Shown here: positions 32,385-43,449 of the stretch, one piece after another
How positions within the stretch are numbered: position 1 is the stretch's first letter
Layout: every line of letters begins with the position of its first letter
Assembly: GCF_000143415.4 (NCBI RefSeq)
Contig: NW_003314266.1
Span: forward strand, 1,634,463 to 1,698,462
Source of the DNA: Selaginella moellendorffii
Lineage: Eukaryota; Plantae; Lycopodiophyta
Reading direction: 5' to 3'
DNA length: 64,000 bases
Translations under genes and position numbers: made by a program
The notes under the pieces: model-generated
Database searches by the model: none
What the model was told of the DNA's origin: nothing
Seen by the model: only the letters and a program-made list of their open reading frames with translations

Positions 32385-35300
32385 TTTTGTTTCGGTGAAA
32401 AGGCATGCTTGCTAAGGGGTTTCGTCTTTGGTCTTTTTCTCGGATTTTGTTGATCAATTGGCTGCTTATTTGTGGCATCTACTTGAAGATGCACAGAGCT
32501 GCTGATCAAGATCCTCAATAGGAAGCTCAGGCGCCCCTCATCGCTGCTTTTTTTTCAAACATGCACAGCCGTGAAGGGGTTTTTGTCTTCGGTTGCTCAT
32601 CTTCGGCAATTTTTCAGTGATGTGCAGAGCCGCCTCGGCCAAGGAAGACATCGACGCATTTAGTGACGCATTTAGCGATACAGATGAATGGGAGTATCTC
32701 GAGGATGGAGACAACAAGCCATATGTATGCAAGCTTGAGAACGTCCTTGCTCACCCCCTGGACGGAGTTTGCGATGAGCAGTTTTTCGATAAGGCAGCTC
32801 TGAATCAGCATAGGATCAGAATTCACAACCGTGAAATCGTACGTTTTTAGTATTCTAATATTGTTTTTTCCAGTTGACAATGCTAAAATCAGGAAATGGA
32901 AATGGGAGGAAGACTAAGCAGGAGTCCTCCTCCAGGAAGTACCAGGTGCAGAATTGTTTTTCCTCAAAAATCATTCGAATTTTTATGCAAATTTTTGTTA
33001 TGCAAGATTTAGAAGATCAGGTGCAAAATGAAATGCTGCCGCGCAGACTAGAGAAACAGAAGCTCAAGCTTCTGAACATGAAGTATAGCCACATCAAGGA
33101 TGAAGAGAGCCGGAAAATAAAAATCCTGCGAGATATTAAAACATGGAAAAAACACTATGCCGACTTGCTGCTGGCGAATGACAAAAAGAAGCAAAATAGA
33201 CGATTACGTGCTGCTCAACGTGAGCAGGAACTGGTAATTTTTTTGTTGTCTGAAACATTTTTACTCTGTTTTTTTCTGCAGAGAAAGAAGAAACGGGAAA
33301 TAAGGAAGATGAGAGAACAGAAGAAGAAAAAGACTAAGCATGAGCACGGCCATTGTCAGGATAAGGAGGAGAAGCATGCTCCTCAACGCAAGCAGGAAGT
33401 GGTAAGTTTCTTATTTTCTATATCTTTTTTACTCTGTTTCTTTTGCAGAGAAAGAGGAAACAGGGAGTAAGGAAAGAGCGAGAACAGAAGAAGAAAAAGA
33501 CTGAGCATTTAGCTCTCGTTATTGTGCAGCACGAGCATGAAGAAAGAGAAAGAGAAACTCTGGTGAAGGAAGAAAGCCAAGAACAAACTCGCGTGGATGA
33601 AAATGTGGACAAAGAAAAGGTACAGTTTTATATTTATTTAGTTACTCGTCTTTGAAGAAGCTAAAGACTAATTACTATTTTCAGAGAGAGGTGCAGGAAA
33701 GGAAGGATGGGGAAGACGAACAGGAGGGAATAAGGAGCAAGAACAAAAGAAGAAAAATACTGAGGATTTAGCTCTCGTTATTGTGCAGCATGAGCATGAA
33801 GAAAGAGAAAGAGAAACTCTGGTGGAGGAAGAAAGCCAAGAACAGCAAGAACGAACTTGCATGGATGAAAATGAGGACAAAGAAAAGGTAAGGGTTTATG
33901 CTTATTAGTTATTAGTCTTTGAACAAGAAAAAGACTAACTAATATTTCAGAGAGAGGTGTAGGAAGGGAAGGATGAGGAGGACGAACAAGACAATGAAAA
34001 AGAGGAGGACGACAAACGAGATGATGGGGATGATGTTGAAGAGGATGAAGATGTGCAAGACACGCTCGAAACAAAAGACAAACAAAACGAGCAGGACAGC
34101 AGGACTAAGGTATTTAGTTAAAACCTTGACAAGAGGCAATCAATTTTTTTCCAGGATGTGAAGAAGCTGATAAAGAACACGCAAGAAAAGGTAGAAATAT
34201 TAGACTTTACATTTTCGGTCGGAGCTTCAAACAAGTAATCTCAACCTCGAGAGAATTTGCCAATTTTATCTTACATATGAGATTTTTTGCAGCGATGAAG
34301 GGCTGTTCATCACAAATACTGATTTGCAGTCCTTGAATGCCGATAGAATGATAAATGACACGGTTGTAAACTTCTTCATCTTGTAAGTGTAAACTCCTNN
34401 NNNNNNNNNNNNNNNNNNNNNNNNNNNNNNNNNNNNNNNNNNNNNNNNNNNNNNNNNNNNNNNNNNNNNNNNNNNNNNNNNNNNNNNNNNNNNNNNNNNN
34501 NNNNNNNNNNNNNNNNNNNNNNNNNNNNNNNNNNNNNNNNNNNNNNNNNNNNNNNNNNNNNNNNNNNNNNNNNNNNNNNNNNNNNNNNNNNNNNNNNNNN
34601 NNNNNNNNNNNNNNNNNNNNNNNNNNNNNNNNNNNNNNNNNNNNNNNNNNNNNNNNNNNNNNNNNNNNNNNNNNNNTCTCTGATACCAAATGTAAACTCC
34701 TGAGTTTGGACTTCCCGAGAGGTCACCCAGCCCAGTACTATTCAAACCCAAGGACGCTTAACCCCAAATATCCCAAGACCCTTAACCGATTAGAAAAGGG
34801 GGTGCACTCTTATTCATGGGCCCTTTCCCTCTATATTTGAACCCCTATGGATCGTCTCTCGAGTCGTTCCCTTTGGTTGCTTAGAGTAAGATATTTAATT
34901 ATTTCTTTTTTTTATTTTAACACATTTTTCAGGAACCTGAATCTAAAACAAGGTCAACACGTCTTCAATAGCTTCTTCTATTCGTATTTGTGTCAAAAAG
35001 TAAGAGTTTGAAATTTGAAATTTGAAGTTTTATGTATTTTTTCTTTAATTTTCAGGAGTACGAAAAAATAAGGAAATGGAAGAACCATCTGAATATTTTT
35101 GAGAAAAAGTGTCTATTATTGCCCGTTTTCAAAGCATAAGTTTCTTTCTTTTGTTTTTATTCTTTGGCCTTCTAACTTACTATAAACCATTTATTAGAGC
35201 CCACTAGAGTTTGGTTGTCATTTCTCTCAGGGCCAACCAAACATCAATCTTTCACTTAGATTCCATGCATCTCATTGGACACGACAGTAGCGAAATCTTC

Positions 35301-37017
35301 AAGACTGTCAACATCAATCTTTCACTTAGATTCCATGCATCTCATTGGATACAGTAGCGAAATCTTCAAGACTGTCAGGGAGTACCTGGAAAGTGAGTGG
35401 AGATACTATAATGGTGGAAAGCCCATGATCAAAATCGGCGTAAAGAAACTATAGGTTTCTTTTACGTTGGTCTTAGTTTATTATTTGACCTTGTTCGAAT
35501 TTCCAGGTTCCGCACCAGAGCAATGCTGTGGACTGTGGAGTCTACATGATGCACTTCATGGAGACATTCATACAAAAATCTCCTGACAATCTTACGATGG
35601 AGTTTGTAGATAAAATGGTATGTTGATAAGAAAATATTTGTATTAGTCTCTGAATTTGGGTGTTTTGTAGCTTTTCTCGAACAAAATCATCTTTAGATGC
35701 CGGATACAATATGAAATTCTAAAAGCTGCTGCAAGTTCTGTCAATAAGCCCAAGAAGGTGCTTAAAGTGTATAGGAGATACAAACACTAGTTCTTGGTAT
35801 CTATGATGCTAACAAAAACTCAGAAAAACTAAATTGACAAATCATTTAGTTTTATTTTAAGTTTGTTACTCGTCTTTGAACATGCTAACAACTAAAATAT
35901 TTGCAAGGAGATGTGCAAGACGACAAAATAAGAAATGATGAGGGAGAAGACTAGGAATAGCAAGCAAAAGCTCGCATGCAGCAGAATGAAAATGCGAAGG
36001 ACAAAGAAAAGGTATAGATTTATATTAAAGTAGTTACTTGTCTTCGGACAAGCTAAAGACTAACCACTATTTGCAGAGAGATGACGCAATAAGGAATGAT
36101 GAGGAGAAGAAGCAATAACGATGTGACCAGGAAGTGGTAGTTTTCTTATGGTGTAAACTATTTCTTGTTCTTAACTCTCTGTATTGTGCAGCACGAGCAT
36201 GAAGAAAGAGAAAGAGAAACTCTAGTGGAGGGAGAGAGCCAAGAACAGCAAGAAAGAACTCGCGTGGATGAAAATGCAGACAAAGAAAAGGTAAAGTTTT
36301 ATGTTTATTTAGTTACTTGTCGGTAAACGTGGTAATTTTCTTATTGCATAAACTAGTTCTTGTTCTTATCTCTCTATATTGTGCATCACGAGCATGAAAA
36401 AAGAGAAAGAGAAACTCTAGTAGAGGGAGAAATCCAATAATAGCAAGAAAGAACTCGCGTGGATAAAAATGCGGACAACAAAAAGGTAATTTTTTATGTT
36501 TATTTAGTTACTCATCTTCATAGCTAAATACCAACCACTATTTGCAGAGAGATGCCCAGGAAAACGATGGAATAAGGAAGGAAACTTCGCCAAAAAAATT
36601 CTTCCGAAGGCGTCAACAAAAAAATGTCAAGGGGAATGACGAAGAGCAAGAAGTTGCTACTGCACGTGAGCAAGAGAAAGATAAGGATGAAGCTATGGGT
36701 GACAAAGCAGACGACTAAGTAGACCTTAAGCCAAATGAAAAGCTAAAGACTAATTGCTAAATGTAGGAAAACGCAAAATGCAAAAGAGCAAATGTAACTC
36801 AGATGAGTCAAGACATTTTGAGGCTCTATCCTAGCTTGGATTTTTCCACCCGGAAGGCACTTCTATAAAGCATGAAAGCTTACAACAAGATTCATGGTAA
36901 GTTCTTCAAAGAAAAGTTTAGAAAGACTGACACGTACATGAGCATTTTGAGCTATGTTCAAAAAGTAGTCTGTGAGGCTCATCCGTTGTAAAGAGATATC
37001 CGTCAGGAACCTAAAGC
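32385..37017 (+). pseudogene. Multi-exon E/K-rich gene with a Ulp1/C48 SUMO-protease domain (34292-35617), inactivated; probably transposon-borne
   Basis: Exons: ITNTDLQSLNADRMINDTVVNFFI; HVFNSFFYSYL; RKWKNHLNIFEKKCLLLPVF; AH*SLVVI...IFHLDSM; VPHQSNAVDCGVYMMHFMETF. H-W is mutated to CAC-TAG (35202-35207), a donor reads ATAAGT, and there is a 70-bp tandem duplication (35241-35377). Repeated HEHEERERETLVEEE exons flank the domain. Confidence 0.85.
34388..34885 (-). mobile_element. Cassandra-type TRIM retrotransposon (5S rRNA-derived segment in the LTR), partly hidden by an assembly gap
   Basis: 5-bp TSD GTAAG (34383-34387, 34886-34890). The same LTR end TGTAAACTCCT occurs at 34388 and 34691. 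PBS complementary to tRNA-iMet (minus TGGTATCAGAGA, 34688-34677). The LTR spans 34691-34885 (195 bp) and 34762-34708 matches 5S rRNA. Confidence 0.88.
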
Positions 37018-37384
37018 TTGTTGATAGCCAAAACTCATAGCAAATACCATTAACTATTTAGCATTAACTTATTCCAGTCGTCTAGCGGCGGGAGATAATT
37101 CCGGTTTAGGGTGAGGGCATTTCGTAGAGCTTGTTGGAAGGCGAGGGCGGCAGCACTAGAAGGGAGCTAGAACAGAATGCGATTTGGTTTGTGAAAATCT
37201 CTCCTCTTCTCTCCCAAATTTTAGGTCCATTTCGCTGGCAGCTTGAAATGTGATTTGATTCGTGCGTGTGCTAGATGCCACGCTGCTGGAGGAGCAACTC
37301 GTTCACATTCTTTCCCAATTACTAGTGACTACCAGCGCTAGCAGCGTTCGGCCGCAGCTTGCCACTGACGGCTCGCTTTGCATC

Positions 37385-38020
37385 ATGGAAGCGCTGGAGC
37401 AGCGAAGATCCACTCTTGATCAAGATGACCACCACATTCTTTTTTCTTCATTTTTTTTCATGGTTTCAAAGCTTCTTTGCAGCCAAGCCTGGCATCTGCA
37501 TTGCCACTTATTTTCTCCCATTTTTCTTTCTTTCTCCTGCTTCTATCTTCTATCTGCTTCTTCTTCCTCTTTTGTTTGCGTCCTGGCACTAGAATTATTC
37601 TTTCTCTTGGATGATACTGTTGTTCTAATCAATTCTTGCACAGATCAATCGCCAGCAAGAAAATTAGAGGAGGCATTCCAGTTTTGTGAAATTTCATCGC
37701 CCATCCTTGACTTTGGGAAGCATGCAGGGCAAAAACTAGAGGATGTAGACAATGGATACCTCCAATGGATGGCACAAAGGTTTGGTAGTGAGAAAAAAGT
37801 GAAATGGAACGAATGGGGTGCAAAAGCAGTCAAGGAATTATCTAGAAGGCTTGGTTCTGAAGTGGCTGTTGTGGCTGCAGCACAAGAGCATGGAGGTGAG
37901 CACGGCACTTGTCCTTCTTGCCAAGCTATGAAAGAAGCAGCAGAAGTAGCTTTGAAAGCTTATCAAACTTTGCAGACAGCATTAGATCATTGTCCATGTA
38001 AAAAAGAATGTAAGAAATGA
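37385..38020 (+). CDS. Small protein with an FGKHxG..L.DV...YL.W domain (DUF3820/QSregVF_b/ExoX C-terminal-like) and a Cys-containing tail; last exon ~37644-38020, start uncertain
   Basis: ILDFGKHAGQKLEDVDNGYLQWMAQRF...WNEWGAKAVKELSRR...CPSC...HCPCKKEC*; polypyrimidine tract plus TTGCACAG acceptor at ~37643. Confidence 0.55.
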   Translation: MEALEQRRSTLDQDDHHILFSSFFFMVSKLLCSQAWHLHCHLFSPIFLSFSCFYLLSASSSSFVCVLALELFFLLDDTVVLINSCTDQSPARKLEEAFQFCEISSPILDFGKHAGQKLEDVDNGYLQWMAQRFGSEKKVKWNEWGAKAVKELSRRLGSEVAVVAAAQEHGGEHGTCPSCQAMKEAAEVALKAYQTLQTALDHCPCKKECKK

Positions 38021-38724
38021 CACTTCCAAGCCTAAACAATGCTATGATTGCACACAATTTACTTGGTTGGAAATTCCAAGTTTAGGAGAGTTTTTGGACT
38101 TACAACAAGAAAATCATTTACTCTAACCATAAACACCAGATACAATCCTTTGAGCAGCCTGGGGAGGGGACACACTCTATCGGCAATGTCCAGCTCCCCT
38201 CCTACTGAGCAAGTACTGATCAGCTTGCCCAATTTTTTTGTAATTAGTCCCTAAGGATATATGGAATGTATATACATGTTTGTATTTTTGGTAAATTGAG
38301 TGAATAGGCTTGTACATCTGACCCCTCTCCATCTTCTGACCTCAAAAATCTGACTTACAGAAGGCTGAAAAAAGCCTTGAGCAGTAGTTTACAAGCCACC
38401 ATTTCCTACTAGGGTTTCTAAGGTTTAGCTATGGCCCATAATTCTGACATTGATATGTCCATACTTATGCCTTGATTTAATCTTCATTTCTTAAGGTTGT
38501 TAAGTGCTTGTGCTCAACATTGCTATGGCAATGTTTTTTCTTTACGACACTAGCTTTAAGTTAAGTTCTTGGCCATTAAAGAGTGGTAATACTCATTTTA
38601 CTATATAAATCAATTATTTTATATGAGGCAACTAATTATCCACTTATACTATAGTCCTACGGTGAATTTTTTTTTCTAGGCTCATGTAGTAGGAGAGCAA
38701 TCTGTCCCTCTAAGATTTCCTCTG

Positions 38725-38830
38725 TAGGTTTAGGGTTTAGGGTTTCCTAAATGCTAAACCCTAAAACCATAACTTAGGAAACCCTAAACCCTAAAGGGTA
38801 AACCCTAGGGTTTGCACCTTAAACCCTATA
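38725..38830. repeat. Interstitial telomere-like repeats (TTTAGGG/CCCTAAA) forming a perfect 22-bp inverted repeat
   Basis: 38729-38750 (TTTAGGGTTTAGGGTTTCCTAA) is the exact reverse complement of 38774-38795. Confidence 0.85.
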
Positions 38831-39269
38831 ATAAGTTTGGCTTTCCTTTATAGTTTTTAAGTGGTAACAATTCATTAGAGCCATTAGTCTATCAAATGAC
38901 CAAAGTATTAACTAAAATATTTTGTTATTGTGACCAATTATCTCACAACATTTCTCAATATATTGTGCATTTACTAAATTTAAACCCTAAAGTTTTATGC
39001 CTAAATCCTAGGGTTCCTAATGATTGCTCAAAGACCATTCACATAAGGTTTATGATAAAATGATATCCCTAAATAAATAAATATATAATGAGAAGCTTGA
39101 ATTATGCAACTATAGTGAGTGTTATATGGGTGGGCAAAACGTTATTTAAAATGACTTAAGAGTAATTATAGTAATAGATGAAGTGACATGATGAGTTTTT
39201 ATGAGAAAATCAATAAATAAAGAAAAAAAACAAGACATGATTGAGGGTTTAGAGTTGAAGGTATATTTT

Positions 39270-39530
39270 ACATTGGTCTTTACTTTATCAGTTGACCTTG
39301 TTCAATTTTCCAGGTTCCGCAGCAAAGCAATGCTGTGGATTGTGGAGTCTACATAATGCACTTCATGGAGACATTCATAAAGAAATCTCCTGATAATCTT
39401 GTGATGGAGATTGTAGATAAAATGGTATGTTGATAATTTTTTTTTTGTATTGGTCTCTAAATTTGGGTTTTTTTAGCTTTCCTCCAAGAAAATCATGCTT
39501 AGAAACCAGATATGATATGAAATTCTAAAA
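39270..39530 (+). pseudogene. Isolated fragment of the Ulp1 catalytic-Cys exon plus following intron/exon
   Basis: TTTCCAGGTTCCGCAGCAAAGCAATGCTGTGGATTGTGGAGTCTAC matches 35500-35725 (VPQQSNAVDCGVY). Confidence 0.85.
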
Positions 39531-39536
39531 GTCACT

Positions 39537-39944
39537 ACATGTTCTGCATTATAAAATCTCCAGACACTATCTCCTACAACTCGATCATCTCGGCTCTTAG
39601 TCACAACTCCCAGCCAAGGCAAGCTCTCTTTTTCTTTCGATGCATGCTGCTTGACGGCAATCTACCGAGTCTAATCACATTCATCTCTGTCGCTCACACT
39701 TGCGGGTGTATAGGCGACCCTAGGCCAGCTGTGGCTCTCTGTTTGCTGATTCGAGAGTGTAGCGGAGTCACGACCAGCGATTTGGTTTTGAGATCGGCTA
39801 TTGTGATGCATGGAAGATGTGGAGATGTGGAGATGTGGAAGCAGTAAGGGAGGCTTAAGAATCTTACGCAAAGGAGGAGCTAAGCTGCACGTCAATGGTT
39901 GCTGCATAAGTTCTTAAACTTTAGACGTCTTTTGTTGATAGCCA
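39537..39944 (+). pseudogene. PLS-PPR gene fragment (left arm of a ~410-bp inverted repeat)
   Basis: PDTISYNSIISALSHNSQPRQALFFFRCMLLDG...MHGRCGDVE; reverse complement of 42059-42467. Confidence 0.8.
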
Positions 39945-41895
39945 GCTTCAGGTTTCTGACGGTTATCTCTTTATAACGGATGAGCCTTACAGACTACTTT
40001 TCGAACATAGCTCAAAATGCTCATGTACGTATCAGTTTTTCTAAACTTTTCTTTGAAGAACTTACCATGAATCTTGTTGTAAGCTTTCATGCTTTGTAGA
40101 AGTGCCTTCCGGGTGGAAAAATCTAAGCTAGGACAAAGCCTCAAAATGTCCTGACTCATCTGAGTTACATTTACTCTTTTGCATTTTGCATTTTCCTGCA
40201 TTTAGCAATTAGTCTTTAGCTTTTCATTTGGATTAAGGTCTACCTAGTCATCCGCTTTGTCACCCATAGCTTCATCCTTATCCTTCTTTTGCTCACATGC
40301 AGTAGCAACTTCTTGCTCGTCGTCATTCCCCTTGACAGTTTTTTTTTTAAGCCTTTGGAAGAATTTTTTTGGCAAAGTTTCCTTCCTAATTCCATCATTT
40401 TCCTTGGCATCTCTCTGCAAATAGTGGTTGGTATTTAGCTATGAAGATGAATAACTAAATAAATATAAAAATTTACCTTTTCTTTGTCCGCATTTCCATC
40501 CACGCAAGTTCTTTCTTGTTGTTCTTGGCTTTCTCCCTCCACCAGAGTTTCTCTTTCTCTTTCTTCATGCTCCTGTTGCACAATACAAAGAGATAAGAAC
40601 AAAAACTAGTTTATGCAATAAGCAAATTACCACTTCCTGCTCACATCGTTGTCGCTCCTCCTTATCATTCCTTGTTCCGTCATCTCTCTAAAAATAGTGG
40701 TTAGTCTTTAGTTTATTTGAAGACGAGTAACTAAATAAACATAAAACTTTACCTTTTCTTTGTTCGCATTTTCATCCACGCGAGTTCGTTCTTGCTGTTC
40801 TTGGCTTTTTCCCTCCACTAGAGTTTCTAGTTCTCTTTCTTCATGCTCTTGCTGCACAATAACGAGAGCTAAAGGCTCAGTCTTTTTCTTCTTTTGTTCT
40901 CGCTCCTTCCTTAGTTCGTGTTTCCTCTTTCTCTGCAGAAAAAACAGAGTAAAACTGTTTTAAAATAAAATAAAATTACCAGCTCCTGCTCATGTTGAGC
41001 AGCACGTAATTGTCTATCCTGCTTCTTGTTGTCATTCGCCAGCATCAATTCCGTGTAGTGTTTTTTCCACGTTTTAATACCTTGCAGGATTTTTATTTTT
41101 CGGCTCTCTTCGTCCTTGATGTGGCTATACTTCATGTTCAGAAGCTTGAGCTTCTGGTTCTCCAGTCTGTGTGGCAGCACTTCATTCTGCACCTGATTTT
41201 CTAAATCCTGCATAACAAAAATTTGCATAAAAATTCGAATGAGATTTGAGGAAAAAAATTTCTGCACTTGGTACTTCCTTGAGGAGGACTCCTGCTTAGT
41301 CTTCCTCCCGTTTCCATTTCCTGACTTTAGCATTGTCAACTGGAAAAAACAATATTAGAAAAGAAAAACATACAAAAAACGTACGATTTCATGGTTGTGA
41401 ATTCTGATCCTACGCTGATTCAGAGCTGCTTTATTGAAAAACTGCTGATCGCAAACTCCATCTAGGGGGTGAGCAAGGACGTTCTCGAGCTTGCATACAT
41501 ATGGCTTGTCATCTCCATCCTCGAGACACTCCCATTCATCTGCATCACTAAATGCGTCGATGTCTTCCTTGGCCGAGGCGGCTCTGCGCATCACTGAAAA
41601 ATTGCCAAAGATAAGCAATCGGATTTTAAACCAAAGTAAAAACTAAAACCAAAAACCCCTTCACGGGTGTGCATCTATGAAAAAAAGCAGCCATAAGCAG
41701 CCTGAAATGAAAAGAAAGAATCCTTTTGTGAGAAACAAAAGAAAGAGGAAATGCCGCGCCTGAGCTTCCTATTGAGGATCTTGATCGGCGGCTCAAGTAG
41801 ATGCCACAGATAAGCAGCCCATTGATGAACAAAAGCCAAGAGACAGACCAAAGACTAAAAACCTCACTAGGCATCCATTTTCACCGAAACAAAAT
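39945..41895 (-). pseudogene. Inverted copy of the E/K-rich gene lacking the Ulp1 domain
   Basis: Near-identical exons to 32385-33620 and 36010-37017 (e.g. RAASAKEDIDAFSD, MTMLKSGNGNGRKTKQ, MSQDILRL.PSLDFSTRKALL); the intervening ~2.4 kb is absent. Confidence 0.85.
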
Positions 41896-42058
41896 CCATG
41901 CGACAGAGAATCTTACCCATTTGGACACCTGGAATGTAGGCTAGATCTTGGGATCGATCGATCTCTAGCTCCCCCAGCACCGCCGCCCTCGCCTTCCAAC
42001 AATACCCTCACCCTAAACCGAACTCTCACCGCTAGAATAAGGTTATTGGCAAGGGTTT

Positions 42059-42558
42059 TGGCTATCAACAAAAGACGTCTAAAGTTTCTGGTTTTGAACG
42101 TACGCAGCAACCATTGACGTGCAGCTTAGCTCGTCCTTTGCGTAAGATTCATAAGCCTCCCTTGCTGCTTCCACATCTCCACATCTTCCATGCATCGCAA
42201 CTATAGTCGATCTCAAAACCAAATCGCTGGTCGTGACTCCGCTACACTCTCGAATCAGCGAACAGAGAGCCACAGCTGGCCTAGGGTCGCCTATACACCC
42301 GCAAGCGTGAGCGACAGAGATGAATGTGATTAGACTCGATAGATTGCCGTCAAGCAGCATGCACCGAAAGAAAAAGAGAGCTTGCCTTGGCTGGGAGTTG
42401 TGACCAAGAGCCGAGATGATCGAGTTGTAGGAGACAGCATCTGGAGCTTCTATAATGCAGAACATGTCGTGTAGCTCGTCGAGCATTCCACACTTCCCAT
42501 ACATGCTCAGGAGAGTGTTCTGCAAAGTCAAGTCAGTGTCGAAACCAGTTTGCATCAA
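42059..42558 (-). pseudogene. PLS-PPR gene fragment (right arm of the inverted repeat plus ~90 bp extra)
   Basis: QTGFDTDLTLQNTLLSMYGKCGMLDELHDMF...DAVSYNSIISALGHNSQP...SCTSMVAAYVQN; truncated at both ends. Confidence 0.8.
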
Positions 42559-42689
42559 GCCACATCAATATTTATTAGAAACACATTTCTTAGTCAAAAA
42601 TCACATTCATATCTAGATATATTTTGTGAGTTAATACTATATACTAAAAATAAAATTTTATGGTTAATAAAACTTTTAATTAAGGATTT

Positions 42690-42861
42690 TTATTGTGTTT
42701 TAAGATTACAAGAGGATGGAAACTTAGTTTTATATTCTGGTAAAAGATATGCAATTTGGTCATCTAGTACTAATTGCAAATATCTTCATTGTTTTCTAAA
42801 TACACATTTGATTGTGCAAGATGATTATAATTTAGTTTTATATTCAAATTATCAAAAATAG
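42690..42861 (+). pseudogene. Bulb-type (GNA-related) mannose-binding lectin remnant
   Basis: CVLRLQEDGNLVLYSGKRYAIWSSST...LIVQDDYNLVLY contains two QxDxNxVxY motifs; extremely AT-rich and truncated. Confidence 0.7.
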
Positions 42862-43449
42862 TTTAGTACCCATCTATTGGCATATTTTATTTGGGTTTCA
42901 AATACATTTTTTTAATTCATATGGATCATAATAACTAAAAAAATTTATCCTGATAAAATCCTATTACGAAAACATTTAGAAAATATAAAAAACTATTTAA
43001 TATTTGTGATATTAATTATATGTATCAAAAAATTTCTAAACTAAATTTTAAACTAATTATGATTGTAAACACACAATTCCCCTTTGAATAGAAATAAAAA
43101 TATTTTAAATAAATTTAACGTTCTAAGCTGCTCATTATCTATATTTAATACTATGAATATCAAGATATTTTGTATTTGCAACTAGAAACCTTTTATCAAT
43201 GTTATAAAACACATTGCCACTTGGTTTTACATTGTAAATAATATTATCTCAAATTTTACCTTTAGTTAAATCTTGAACTCATAATTTGATAGTTACTAAA
43301 TTTGCAATTTCTTAGGCTCTATATTTTTTATGTAGAAGTGTTTTGATGTAATGATAAGAAAATATTGTTATAATTGTTTTAGATTCTAAGGTCTTTTAGT
43401 TTTTATCATATTGCTATTTCTTCCCAATTTGATAACTTATATATATAAA

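Noticed and set aside
34708-34762. Stand-alone 5S rRNA gene
   Set aside because: Only the internal ~55 nt are present, embedded in an LTR with PBS and TSD.
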